In this document: piece after piece, positions 40,001 to 55,000 of the stretch
Layout: every line of letters begins with the position of its first letter
Numbering within the stretch: position 1 is the stretch's first letter
DNA from: Eledone cirrhosa
Taxonomy: Eukaryota
Direction: 5' to 3'
Length of the DNA: 64,000 nucleotides
Assembly (NCBI GenBank): GCA_964016885.1
Contig: OZ024744.1
Coordinates: forward strand, 63,674,001-63,738,000
Program-made: the position numbers and the translations under genes
The notes under the pieces: generated by a model
The model's input: only the letters and a program-made list of their open reading frames with translations
The model's database searches: none
What the model was told of the DNA's origin: nothing

Positions 40001-43000
40001 GCTGTAGGTAGGTACCACAGTGTGGTATAGTTCACTGTACTGTGTCTATAACCAAGACACTCCACTGTCAACAGTCCACCTAGCTGTAGGTAGGTACCAC
40101 AGTCTGGTATAGTTCACTGTACTGTGTCTATAACTAAGACACTTAACTGTGAACAGTTCACCTAGCTGTAAGTAGGTACCACAGTGTGGTATAGTTTACT
40201 GTACTGTGTCTATAACTAAGATACTTAACTGTCAAAAGTCCACCTAGCTGTAAGTAGGTACCACTGCGTTGTATAGTTCACTGTACTGTGTCTATAACCA
40301 AGACACTTAACTGTCAACAGTCCAGTCCACCTAGCTGTAAGTAGGTACCACAGTGTGGTATAGTTCACTGTACTGTGTCTATAACTAAGACACTTAACTG
40401 TCAACAGTCCAGTCCACCTAGCTGTAGGTAGGTACCACAGTCTGGTATAGTTCACTGTACTGTGTCTATAACTAAGACACTTAACTGTCAACAGTTCACC
40501 TAGCTGTAAGTAGGTACCACAGTGTGGTATAGTTCACTGTACTGTGTCTATAACGAAGACACTCCACTGTCAACAGTCCACCTAGCTGTATGTAGGTACC
40601 ACAGTGCGGTATAGTTCACTGTACTGTGTCTATAACTAAGACACTCCACTGTCAACAGTCCACCTAGCTATAAGTAGGTACCACAGTGTGATATAGTTCA
40701 CTGTACTGTGTCTATAACCAAGACACTTAACTGTCAACAGTGCACCTAGCTGTAAGTAGGTACCACAGTGTGGTATAGTTCACTGTACTGTGTCTATAAC
40801 TAAGACACTTAACTGACAACAGTCCACCTAGCTATAAGTAGGTACCACAGTGTGATATAGTTCACAGTACTGTGTCTATAACCAAGACATTTAACTGTCA
40901 AAGTGCACCTAGCTGTAAGTAGGTAACACAGTGTGGTATAGTTCACTGAACAGTGTCTATAACCAAGACACTTAACTGTCAACAGTCCACCTAGCTGTAA
41001 GTAGGTACCACAGTGTGGTATAGTTCACTGTACTGTGTCTATAACCAAGACACTCCACTGTCAACAGTCCACCTAGCTGTAAGTAGGTACCACAGTGTGG
41101 CATAGTTCACTGTACTGTGTCTATAACCAAGAGACTTAACTGTCAACAGTCCACCTAGCTGTAAGTAGGTACCACAGTGTGGTATAATTCACCGTACTGT
41201 GTCTATAACTAAGACACTTAACTGACAACAGTCCACCTAGCTGTAAGTAGGTACCACAGTGTGGTATAGTTCACTGTACTGTGTCTATAACCAAGATACT
41301 TAACAGTCAACAGTTCAGTCCACGTAGCTGTAAGTAGGTACCACAGTGTGGTATAGTTTACTGTACTGTGTCTATAACTAAGATACTTAACTGTCAAAAG
41401 TCCACCTAGCTGTAAGTAGGTACCACTGCGTTGTATAGTTCACTGTACTGTGTCTATAACTAAGATACTTAACTGTCAACAGTCCAGTCCACCTAGCTGT
41501 AGGTAGGTACCACAGTCTGGTATAGTTCACTGTACTGTGTCTATAACTAAGACACTTAACTGTCAACAGTTCACCTAGCTGTAAGTAGGTACCACAGTGT
41601 GGTATAGTTCACTGTACTGTGTCTATAACTAAGACACTCCACTGTCAACAGTCCACCTAGCTATAAGTAGGTACCACAGTGTGATATAGTTCACTGTACT
41701 GTGTCTATAACCAAGATACTCCAATTTCAACAGTTCACCTAGCTGTAAGTAGGTACCACAGTGTGGTATAGTTCACTGTACTGTGTCTATAACCAAGACA
41801 CTCCAATGTCAACAGTCCACCTAGCTGTAAGTAGGTACCACAGTGTGGTATAGTTCACTGTAATCTGTCTATAACCAAGACACACCACTGTCAACAGTCC
41901 AGTCCACCTAGCTGTAGGTAGGTACCACAGTCTGGTATAGTTCACTGTACTGTGTCTATAACTAAGACACTTAACTGTGAACAGTCCACCTAGCTGTAAG
42001 TAGGTACCACTGCGTTGTATAGTTCACTGTACTGTGTCTATAACCAAGACACTCCACTGTCAACAGTCCACCTAGCTGTAAGTAGGTACCACAGTGTGGT
42101 ATAGTTCACTGTACTGTGTCTATAACCAAGACACTTAACTGTCAACAGTCCAGTCCACCTAGCTGTAAGTAGGTACCACAGTGTGGTATAGTTCACTGTA
42201 CTGTGTCTACAACCAAGACACTTAACTGTCAACAGTCCAGTCCACCTAGCTGTAAGTAGGTACCACAGTGTGATATAGTTCACTGTACTGTGTCTATAAC
42301 CAAGACACTCCACTGTCAACAGTCCCCCTAGCTGTAAGTAGGTACCACAGTGTGCTATAGTTCACTGTACTGTGTCTATAACCAAGACACTTAACTGTCA
42401 ACAGTCCACCTAGCTGTAAGTAGGTACCACTGTGTTGTATAGTTCACGGTACTGTGTCTATAATTAAGATACTTAACTGTCAACAGTCCAGTCCACCTAG
42501 CTGTAGGTAGGTACCACAGTCTGGTATAGTTCACTGTACTGTGTCTATAACTAAGATACTTAACTGTCAACAGTCCAGTCCACCTAGCTGTAAGTAGGTA
42601 CCACAGTGTGGTATAGTTCACTGTACTGTGTCTATAACCAAGACACTTAACTGTCAACAGTCCACCTAGCTATAAGTAGGTACCACAGTGTGGTATAGTT
42701 CACTGTACTGTGTCTATAACTAAGACACTTAACTGTCAACAGTGCACCTAGCTGTAAGTAGGTACCACAGTGTGGTATAGTTCACTGTACTGTGTCTATA
42801 ACTAAGACACTTAACTGACAACGGTCCACCTAGCTATAAGTAGGTACCACAGTGTGATATAGTTTACTGTACTGTGTCTATAGCTAAGACACTTAACTGA
42901 CAACGGTCCACCTAGCTATAAGTAGGTACCACAGTGTGATATAGTTCACAGTACTGTGTCTATAACCAAGACACTTAACTGTCAACAGTGCACCTAGCTG

Positions 43001-46000
43001 TAAGTAGGTAACACAGTGTGGTATAGTTCACTGAACTGTGTCTATAACCAAGACACTTAACTGTCAACAGTCCACCTAGCTGTAAGTAAGTACCACAGTG
43101 TGGTATAGTTCACTGTACTGTGTCTATAACCAAGACACTCCACTGTCAACAGTCCACCTAGCTGTAAGTAGGTACCACAGTGTGGTATAGTTCACTGTAC
43201 TGTGTCTATAACCAAGACACTTAACTGTCAACAGTGCACCTAGCTGTAAGTAGGTACCACAGTGTGATATAGTTCACTGTACTGTGTCTATAACTAAGAC
43301 ACTTAACTGACAACAGTCAACCTAGCTGTAAGTAGGTACCACAGTGTGGTATAGTTCACTGTACTGTGTCTATAACCAAGATACTTAACAGTGAACAGTT
43401 CAGTCCACGTAGCTGTAAGTAGGTACCACAGTGTGGTATAGTTCACTGTACTGTGTATATAACTGAGATACTTAACTGTCAAAAGTCCACCTAGCTGTAA
43501 GTAGGTACCACTGTGTTGTATAGTTCACTGTACTGTGTCTATAACCAAGACACTTAACTGTCAACAGTCCAGTCCACCTAGCTGTAAGTAGGTACGACAG
43601 TGTTGTATAGTTCACGGTACTGTGTCTATGACCAAGACACTTAACTGTCAACAGTCCAGTCCACCTAGCTGTAAGTAGGTACCACAGTGTGATATAGTTC
43701 ACAGTACTGTGTCTATAACCAAGACCCTCCACTGTGAACAGCGCACCTAGCTGTAGGTAGGTACCACAGTGTGGTATAGTTCACTGTACTGTGTCTATAA
43801 CCAAGATACTTAACTCTCAACAGTCCAGTCCACCTAGCTGTAGGTAGGTACCACAGTGTGGTATAGTTCACTGTACTGTGTCTATAACCAAGACACTCCA
43901 CTGTCAACAGTCCACATAGCTGTAGGTAGGTACCACAGTCTGGTATAGTTCACTGTACTGTGTCTATAACTAAGACACTTAACTGTGAACAGTTCACCTA
44001 GCTGTAAGTAGGTACCACAGTGTGGTATAGTTTACTGTACTGTGTCTATAACTAAGATACTTAACTGTCAAAAGTCCACCTAGCTGTAAGTAGGTACCAC
44101 TGCGTTGTATAGTTCACTGTACTGTGTCTATAACCAAGACACTTAACTGTCAACAGTCCAGTCCACCTAGCTGTAAGTAGGTACCACAGTGTGGTATAGT
44201 TCACTGTACTGTGTCTATAACTAAGACACTTAACTGTCAACAGTCCAGTCCACCTAGCTGTAGGTAGGTACCACAGTCTGGTATAGTTCACTGTACTGTG
44301 TCTATAACCAAGACACTTAACTGTCAACAGTGCACCTAGCTGTAAGTAGGTACCACAGTGTGGTATAGTTCACTGTACTGTGTCTATAACTAAGACACTT
44401 AACTGACAACAGTCCACCTAGCTATAAGTAGGTACCACAGTGTGATATAGTTCACAGTACTGTGTCTATAACCAAGACATTTAACTGTCAAAGTGCACCT
44501 AGCTGTAAGTAGGTAACACAGTGTGGTATAGTTCACTGAACAGTGTCTATAACCAAGACACTTAACTGTCAACAGTCCACCTAGCTGTAAGTAGGTACCA
44601 CAGTGTGGTATAGTTCACTGTACTGTGTCTATAACCAAGACACTCCACTGTCAACAGTCCACCTAGCTGTAAGTAGGTACCACAGTGTGGCATAGTTCAC
44701 TGTACTGTGTCTATAACCAAGACACTTAACTGTCAACAGTGCACCTAGCTGTAAGTAGGTACCACAGTGTGGTATAATTCACCGTACTGTGTCTATAACT
44801 AAGACACTTAACTGACAACAGTCCACCTAGCTGTAAGTAGGTACCACAGTGTGGTATAGTTCACTGTACTGTGTCTATAACCAAGATACTTAACAGTCAA
44901 CAGTTCAGTCCACGTAGCTGTAAGTAGGTACCACAGTGTGGTATAGTTTACTGTACTGTGTCTATAACTAAGATACTTAACTGTCAAAAGTCCACCTAGC
45001 TGTAAGTAGGTACCACTGCGTTGTATCGTTCACTGTACTGTGTCTATAACTAAGATACTTAACTGTCAACAGTCCAGTCCACCTAGCTGTAGGTAGGTAC
45101 CACAGTCTGGTATAGTTCACTGTACTGTGTCTATAACTAAGACACTTAACTGTCAACAGTTCACCTAGCTGTAAGTAGGTACCACAGTGTGGTATAGTTC
45201 ACTGTACTGTGTCTATAACTAAGACACTCCACTGTCAACAGTCCACCTAGCTATAAGTAGGTACCACAGTGTGATATAGTTCACTGTACTGTGTCTATAA
45301 CCAAGATACTCCAATTTCAACAGTTCACCTAGCTGTAAGTAGGTACCACAGTGTGGTATAGTTCACTGTACTGTGTCTATAACCAAGACACTCCACTGTC
45401 AACAGTCCACCTAGCTGTAAGTAGGTACCACAGTGTGGTATAGTTCACTGTAATCTGTCTATAACCAAGACACTCCACTGTCAACAGTCCAGTCCACCTA
45501 GCTGTAGGTAGGTACCACAGTCTGGTATAGTTCACTGTACTGTGTCTATAACTAAGACACTTAACTGTGAACAGTCCACCTAGCTGTAAGTAGGTACCAC
45601 TGCGTTGTATAGTTCACTGTACTGTGTCTATAACCAAGACACTCCACTGTCAACAGTCCACCTAGCTGTAAGTAGGTACCACAGTGTGGTATAGTTCACT
45701 GTACTGTGTCTATAACCAAGACACTTAACTGTCAACAGTCCAGTCCACCTAGCTGTAAGTAGGTACCACAGTGTGGTATAGTTCACGGTACTGTGTCTAT
45801 GACCAAGACACTTCACTGTCAACAGTCCAGTCCACCTAGCTGTAAGTAGGTACCACAGTGTGATATAGTACACAGTACTGTGTCTATAACCAAGACACTC
45901 CACTGTCAACAGTCCACCTAGCTGTAAGTAGGTACCACTGTGTTGTATAGTTCACTGTACTGTCAACAGTCCAGTCCACCTAGCTGTAAGTAGGTACCAC

Positions 46001-49000
46001 AGTGTGGTATAGTTCACTGTACTGTTTCTATAACTAAGATACTTAACTGTCAACAGTCCAGTCCACCTAGCTGTAGGTAGGTACCACAGTCTGGTATAGT
46101 TCACTGTACTGTGTCTATAACTAAGACACTTAACTGTCAACAGTTCACCTAGCTGTAAGTAGGTACCACAGTGTGGTATAGTTCACTGTACTGTGTCTAT
46201 AACCAAGACACTCCACTGTCAACAGTCCACCTTGCTGTATGTAGGTACCACAGTGCGGTATAGTTCACTGTACTGTGTCTATAACTAAGACACTCCACTG
46301 TCAACAGTCCACCTAGCTATAAGTAGGTACCACAGTGTGATATAGTTCACTGTACTGTGTCTATAACCAAGATACTCCAATTTCAACAGTTCACCTAGCT
46401 GTAAGTAGGTACCACAGTGTGGTATAGTTCACTGTACTGTGTCTATAACCAAGACACTCCACTGTCAACAGTCCACCTAGCTGTAAGTAGGTACCACAGT
46501 GTGGTATAGTTCACTGTAATCTGTCTATAACCAAGACACTCCACTGTCAACAGTCCACCTAGCTGTAAGTAGGTACCACATTGTGGTATAGTTCATGGTA
46601 CTGTGTCTATAACCAAGACACTTAACTGTCAACAGTCCACCTAGCTGTAAGTAGGTACCACAGTGTGATATAGTTCACTGTACTGTGTCTATAATTAAGA
46701 CAACTGTCAACAGTCCACCTAGCTGTAAGTAGGTACCACAGTGTGGTATAGTTCACTGTACTGTCTATAACTAAGATACTTAACTGTCAAAAGTCCAGTC
46801 CACGTAGCTGTAAGTAGGTACCACAGTGTGGTATAGTTCACTGTACTGTGTCTATAACTAAGATACTCCACTGTCAACATTTCACCTAGCTGTAAGTAGG
46901 TACCACAGTGTGATATAGTTCACAGTACTGTGTCTATAACCAAGAGACTTAACTGTCAACAGTGCACCTAGCTGTAAGTAGGTAACACAGTGTGGTATAG
47001 TTCACTGAACTGTGTCTATAACCAAGACACTTAACTGTCAACAGTCCACCTAGCTGTAAGTAGGTACCACAGTCTGGTATAGTTCACTGTACTGTGTCTA
47101 TAACCAAGACACTTAACTGTCAACAGTGCACCTAGCTGTAAGTAGGTACCACAGTGTGGTATAATTCACCGTACTGTGTCTATAACTGAGACACTTAACT
47201 GACAACAGTCCACCTAGCTATTAGTAGGTACCACAGTGTGATATAGTTTACTGTACTGTGTCTATAACTAAGACACTTAACTGACAACGGTCCACCTAGC
47301 TATAAGTAGGTACCACAGTGTGATATAGTTCACAGTATTGTGTCTATAACCAAGACACTTAACTGTCAACAGTGCACCTAGCTGTAAGTAGGTAACACAG
47401 TGTGGTATAGTTCACTGTACTGTGTCTATAACCAAGACACTCCACTGTCAACAGTCCACCTAGCTGTAAGTAGGTACCACAGTGTGGTATAGTTCACTGT
47501 AATCTGTCTATAACCAAGACACTCCACTGTCAACAGTCCACCTAGCTGTAAGTAGGTACCACATTGTGGTATAGTTCATGGTACTGTGTCTATAACCAAG
47601 ACACTTAACTGTCAACAGTCCACCTAGCTGTAAGTAGGTACCACAGTGTGATATAGTTCACTGTACTGTGTCTATAATTAAGACAACTGTCAACAGTCCA
47701 CCTAGCTGTAAGTAGGTACCACAGTGTGGTATAGTTCACTGTACTGTGTCTATAACTGAGATACTTAACTGTCAAAAGTCCAGTCCACGTAGCTGTAAGT
47801 AGGTACCACAGTGTGGTATAGTTCACTGTACTGTGTCTATAACTAAGATACTCCACTGTCAACATTTCACCTAGCTGTAAGTAGGTACCACAGTGTGATA
47901 TAGTTCACAGTACTGTGTCTATAACCAAGAGACTTAACTGTCAACAGTGCACCTAGCTGTAAGTAGGTAACACAGTGTGGTATAGTTCACTGAACTGTGT
48001 CTATAACCAAGACACTTAACTGTCAACAGTCCACCTAGCTGTAAGTAGGTACCACAGTCTGGTATAGTTCACTGTACTGTGTCTATAACCAAGACACTTA
48101 ACTGTCAACAGTGCACCTAGCTGTAAGTAGGTACCACAGTGTGGTATAATTCACCGTACTGTGTCTATAACTAAGACACTTAACTGACAACAGTCCACCT
48201 AGCTATAAGTAGGTACCACAGTGTGGTATAGTTCACTGTACTGTGTCTATAACCAAGACACTTAACTGTCAACAGTGCACCTAGCTGTAAGTAGGTACCA
48301 CAGTGTGATATAGTTCACTGTACTGTGTCTATAACTAAGACACTTAACTGACAACAGTCAACCTAGCTGTAAGTAGGTACCACAGTGTGGTATAGTTCAC
48401 TGTACTGTGTCTATAACCAAGATACTTAACAGTGAACAGTTCAGTCCACGTAGCTGTAAGAAGGTACCACAGTGTGGTATAGTTCACTGTACTGTGTATA
48501 TAACTGAGATACCTAACTGTCAAAAGTCCACCTGGCTGTAAGTAGGTACCACTGTGTTGTATAGTTCACTGTACTGTGTCTATAACCAAGACACTTAACT
48601 GTCAACAGTCCAGTCCACCTAGCTGTAAGTAGGTACCACAGTGTTGTATAGTTCACGGTACTGTGTCTATGACCAAGACACTTAATTGTCAACAGTCCAG
48701 TCCACCTAGCTGTAAGTAGGTACCACAGTGTGATATAGTTCACAGTACTGTGTCTATAACCAAGACCCTCCACTCTGAACAGCGCACCTAGCTGTAAGTA
48801 GGTACCACAGTGTGGTATAGTTCACTGTACTGTGTCTATAACCAAGATACTTAACTGTCAACAGTCCAGTCCACCTAGCTGTAGGTAGGTACCACAGTCT
48901 GGTATAGTTCACTGTACTGTGTCTATAACTAAGACACTTAACTGTGAACAGTTCACCTAGCTGTAAGTAGGTACCACAGTGTGGTGTAGTTCACTGTACT

Positions 49001-52000
49001 GTGTCTATAACCAAGACACTCCACTGTCAACAGTCCACCTAGCTGTATGTAGGTACCACAGTGCGGTATAGTTCACTGTACTGTGTCTATAACCAAAACA
49101 CTCCACTGTCAACAGTCCACCTAGCTGTAAGTAGGTACCACAGTGTGGTATAGTTCACTGTACTGTGTCTATAACCAAGACACTCCACTGTCAACAGTCC
49201 ACCTAGCTGTAAGTAGGTACCACAGTGTGGTATAGTTCATGGTACTGTGTCTATAACCAAGACACTTAACTGTCAACAGTCCACCTAGCTGTAAGTAGGT
49301 ACCACAGTGTGATATAGTTCACTGTACTTTGTCTATAATTAAGACAACTGTCAACAGTCCACCTAGCTGTAAGTAGGTAACATAGTGAGGTATAGTTCAC
49401 TGTACTGTGTCTATAACTGAGATACTTAACTGTCAAAAGTCCCGTCCACCTAGCTGTAAGTAGGTACCACAGTGTGGTATAGTTCACTGTACTGTGTCTA
49501 TAACTAAGATACTCCACTGTCAACAGTTCACCTAGCTGTAAGTAGGTACCACAGTGTGATATAGTTCACAGTACTGTGTCTATAACCAAGACACTTAACT
49601 GTCAACTGTGCACCTAGCTGTAAGTAGGTAACACAGTGTGGTATAGTTCACTGAACTGTGTCTATAACCAAGGCACTTAACTGTCAACAGTCCACCTAGC
49701 TGTAAGTAGGTACCACAGTGTGGTATAGTTCACTGTACTGTGTCTATAACCAAGACACTCCACTGTCAACAGTCCACCTAGCTGTAAGTAGGTACCACAG
49801 TGTGGTATAGTTCACTGTACTGTGTCTATAACCAAGACACTTAACTGTCAACAGTGCACCTAGCTGTAAGTAGGTACCACAGTGTGGTATAATTCACCAT
49901 ACTGTGTCTATAACTAAGACACTTAACTGACAACAGTCCACCTAGCTATAAGTAGGTACCACACTGTGATATAGTTCACTGTACTGTGTCTATAACTAAG
50001 ACACTTAACTGACAACGGTCCACCTAGCTATAAGTAGGTACCACAGTGTGATATTGTTCACAGTACTGTGTCTATAACCAAGACACTTAACTGTCAACAG
50101 TGCACCTAGCTGTAAGTAGGTAACTCAGTGTGGTATAGTTCACTGAACTGTGTCTATAACCAAGACACTTAACTGTCAACAGACCACCTAGCTGTAAGTA
50201 GGTACCACAGTGTGGTATAGTTCACTGTACTGTGTCTATAACCAAGACACTCCACTGTCAACAGTCCACCTAGCTGTAAGTAGGTACCACAGTGTGGTAT
50301 AGTTCACTGTACTGTGTCTATAACCAAGACGCTTAACTGTCAACAGTGCACCTAGCTGTAAGTAGGTACCACAGTGTGGTATAATTCACCATACTGTGTC
50401 TATAACTAAGACACTTAACTGACAACAGTCAACCTAGCTGTAAGTAGGTACCACAGTGTTGTATAGTTCACTGTAGTGTGTCTATAACCAAGACACTTAA
50501 CTGTCAACCGTCCAGTCCACCTAGCTGTAAGTAGGTACCACAGTGTGGTATAGTTCACTGTACTGTGTCTATAACTAAGATACTCCACTGTCAACAGTCC
50601 ACCTAGCTGTAAGTAGGTACCACTGTGGTATAGTTCACTGTACGGTGTCTATAACCAAGATACTTAACTGTCAACAGTCCACCTAGCTGTAAGTAGGTAC
50701 CACAGTGTGATATAGTACACTGTACTGTGTCTATAACCAAGATACTTAACTATCAACAGTCCACCTAGCTGTAAGTAGGTAACATAGTGTGGTAATGTTC
50801 ACTGTACTGTGTCTATACCTAAGACACTTAACTGTCAACAGTCCACCTAGCCGTAAGTAGGTACCACAGTGTGATATAGTTCACTGAACTGTGTCTATAA
50901 CTAAGATACTCCACTGTCAACAGTCCACCTAGCTGTAAGTAGGTACCACTGCGTCGTATAGTTCAATGTACTATGTCTATAACCAAGACCCTTAACTGTC
51001 AACAGTCTACCTAGCTGTAAGTAGGTACCACAGTGTGGTATAGTTCACTGTACTGTGTCTATAACTAAGATACTCTACTGTCAACAGTCCACCTAGCTGT
51101 AAGTAGGTACCACAGTGTGATATAGTTCACTGTACTGTGTCTATAACTAAGATACTCCACTGTCAACAGTCCACCTAGCTGTAAGTAGGTACCACAGTGT
51201 GATATAGTTTACTGTACTGTGTCTATAACCAAGATACTTAACTGTCAACAGTCCACCTAGCTATAAGTAGGTACCATAGTGTGGTATATTTCACCGTACT
51301 GTGTCTATAACCAAGACACTCCACTGTCAACAGTCCAGTCCACCTAGCTGTAAGTAGGTACCACAGTGTGGTATAGTTCACTGTTCTGTGTCTATAACTA
51401 AGTCACTTAAATGTCAACAGTCCACCTAGCTGTAAGTAGGTACCACTGTGTGGTATAGTTCACTGTACTGTGTCTATAACCAAGACACTCCACTGTCAAC
51501 AGTCCAGTCCACCTAGCTGTAAGTAGGTACCACAGTGTGATATAGTTCACTGTATTGTGTCTATAACCAAGACACTTAACAGTCAACAGTCCACCTAGCT
51601 GTAAGTAGGTACCACAGTGTGGTATAGTTCACTGTACTGTGTCTATAACCAAGACACTTAACTGTCAACAGTGCACCTAGCTGTAAGTAGGTACCACAGT
51701 GTGGTATAGTTCACTGTACTGTGTCAATATCCAAGACACTTAACTCTCAACAGTTCAGTCCACCTAGCTATAAGTAGGTACCACAGTGTGGTATAGTTCA
51801 CTGTACTGTGTCTATAACCAAGACACTTAGCTGTCAACAGTCCACCTAGCTGTAAGTAGGTACTACAGTGTGGTATAGTTCACTGTACTGTGTCTATAAC
51901 CAAGACACTCCACTGTCAACACTCCAGTCCACCTAGCTGTAAGTAGGTACCACAGTGTGGTATAGTTCACTGTACTGTGTCTATAACCAAGACACTTAAC

Positions 52001-55000
52001 TGTAAACAGTCCACCTAGCTGTAAGTAGGTACCACAGTGTGATATATTTCACTGTACTGTGTCTATAACCAAGACACTTAACTGTAAACAGTCCACCTAG
52101 CTATAAGTAGGTACCACAGTGTGGTATAGTTCACTGTACTGTGTCTTTAATCAAGACACTTAACTGTAAACAGTCCACCTAGCTATAAGTAGGTACCACA
52201 GTGTGGTATAGTTCACTGTACTGTGTATATAACCAAGACACTTATCTATCACCGGTCCACCTAGCTATAAGTAGGTACCACAGTGTGGTATAGTTCACTG
52301 TACTGTGTCTATAACCAAGACACTCCACTGTCAACAGTCCACCTAGTTGTAAGTAGGTACCACAGCGGGGTATAGTTCACTGTACTGTGTCTATAACCAA
52401 ATCACTTAGCTGTCAACAGTCCACCTAGCTGTAAGTAGATACCACAGTGTGATATAGTTCACAGTACTGTGTCTATAACCAAGACACTTAATTGTCAAGA
52501 AGTCCACTTAGCTGTAAGTAGGTACCACAGTGTGGTTTAGTTCACTGTACTGTGTATATAACCAAGACACTTATCTATCACCAGTCCACCCAGCTGTAAG
52601 TAGATACCACAGTGTGATATAGTTCACAGTACTGTGTCTATAACCAAGACACTTAATTGTCAAGAAGTCCACTTAGCTGTAAGTAGGTACCACAGTGTGG
52701 TTTAGTTCACTGTACTGTGTATATAACCAAGACACTTATCTATCACCAGTCCACCTTGCTGTAAGTAGGTACCACAGTGTGATATAGTTCACTGTACTGT
52801 GTCTATAACCAAGACATGTAACTCAACAGTCCACCCAGCTGTAAATAGCTACCACAGTGTGATATAGTTCACTGTACTGTGTCTATAACCAAGACACTTA
52901 ACTGTCAACAGTCCACCTAGCTGTAAGTAGGTACCACAGTATGGTATAGTTCACTGTACTGTGTCTACGAGCTAGACACTTAACTGTCAACAGTGCACCT
53001 ATCTGTAAGTAGGTACCACAGTGTGGTATAGTTCACTGTACTCTGTCTATAACCAAGACACTTAACTGTCAACAGTTCAGTCCACCTAACTGTAAGTAGG
53101 TACCACAGTGTGGTATAGTCACTGTACTGTGTCTATAACTAAGACACTTAACTGTCAACAGTCTACCTAGCTGTAAGTAGGTACCACAGTGTGGTATAGT
53201 TCACTGTACTGTGTCTATAACCAAGACACTCCACTGTCAACAGTCCCCCTAGCTGTAAGTAGGTACCACAGTGTGGTATAGTTCACTGTACTGTGTCTAT
53301 AACTAAGACACTTAACTGTCAACAGTCCACCTAGCTGTAAGTAGGTACCATAGTGTGATATAGTTCACTGTACTGTGTCTATAACCAAGACCCTTAACTG
53401 TCAACAGTCCACCTAGCTGTAAGTAGGTACCATAGTGTGATATAGTTCACTTTACTGTGTCTATAACCAAGACACTTAACTGTCAACAGTCCACCTAGCT
53501 GTAAGTAGGTACCACAGTGTGATATAGTTCACTGTACTGTGTCTATAACCAAGATACTCCACTGTCAACAGTCCACCTAGCTCTAAGTAGGTACCACAGC
53601 GTGATATGGTTCACTGTACTGTGTCTATAACCAAGACACTCAACTGTCAACAGTCCAGTCCACCTAGCTGTAAGTAGGTACCACAGTGTGATATAGTTCA
53701 CTGTACTGTGTCTATAACCAAGACACTCCACTGTCAACAGTCCACCTAGCTGTAAGTAGGTACCACAGTGTGATATAGTTCACTGTACTGTGTCTATAAC
53801 CAAGATACTTAACTGTAAACAGTCCACCTAGCTGCAAGTAGGTTCCACAGTGTGGTATAGTTCACTGTACTCTGTCTATAACCAAGATACTTAACTGTCA
53901 ACAGTCCACCTAGTTGTAAGTATGTAACACAGTGTGGTATAGTTCACTGTACTCTGTCTATAACCAAGACACTTATCTATCACCAGTCCACCTAGCTGTA
54001 AGTAGGTACCACTGTGTGATATAGTTCACTGTACTGTGTCTATAACCAAGATACTTAACTGTCAACAGTCCACCTAGTTGTAAGTAGGTAACACAGTGTG
54101 GTATAGTTCACTGTACTCTGTCTATAACCAAGACACTTAACTGTCAACAGTCCACCTAGCTGTAAGTAGGTACCACTGTGTTGTATAGTTCAATGTACTA
54201 TGTCTATAACCAAGACACTTAACTGTAAACTGTCCACCTAGCTGTAAGTAGGAACCACAGTGTGGTATAGTTCACTGTACTGTGTCTATAACCAAGATAC
54301 TTAACTGTCAACAGTCCACCTAGTTGTAAGTAGGTACCACAGTGTGGCATAGTTCACTGTACTCTGTCCATAACCAAGACACTTAACTGTCAACAGTCCA
54401 CCTAGCTGTAAGTAGGTACCACAGTGTGGTATAGTTCACTGTACTGTGTCTATAACCAAGATACTTAACTGTCAACAGTCCACCTAGTTGTAAGTAGGTA
54501 CCACAGTGTGGTATAGTTGACTGTACTCTGTCTATAACCAAGACACTTAACTGTCAACAGTCCACCTAGCTGTAAGTAGGTACCACAGTGTGATATAGTT
54601 CACTGTACTGTGTCTATAACCAAGACACTCCACTGTCAACAGTCCAGTCCACCTAGCTGTAAGTAGGTACCACAGTGTGGTATAGTTCACTGTACTGTGT
54701 CTATAACTAAGACACTTAACTGTCAACAGTCCACCTAGCAGTAAGTTGGTACCACAGTGTGGTATAGTTCACTGTACCTTGTCTATAACCAAGACACTTA
54801 ACTGTTAACAGTCCACCAAGCTGTAAGTAGGTACCACAGTGTGATATAGTTCAATGTACTGTGTCTATAACCAAGACACTCCACTGTCAACAGTCCAGTC
54901 CATCTCGCTGTAAGTACGTACCACAGTGTGGTATAGTTCACTGTACTTTGTTTATAACCAAGACACTTAACTGTCAACAGTCCACCTAGCTGTAAGTAGG

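Noticed and set aside
19288-53737. Dozens of minus-strand ORFs with a 29-aa repeat (TVKCLGYRHSTVNYTTLWYLLTARWTGLL)
   Set aside because: They arise where 87-bp (3x29) or other in-frame variant monomers happen to be adjacent. The 82-bp units break the frame, most starts are non-ATG, and no frame is preserved.
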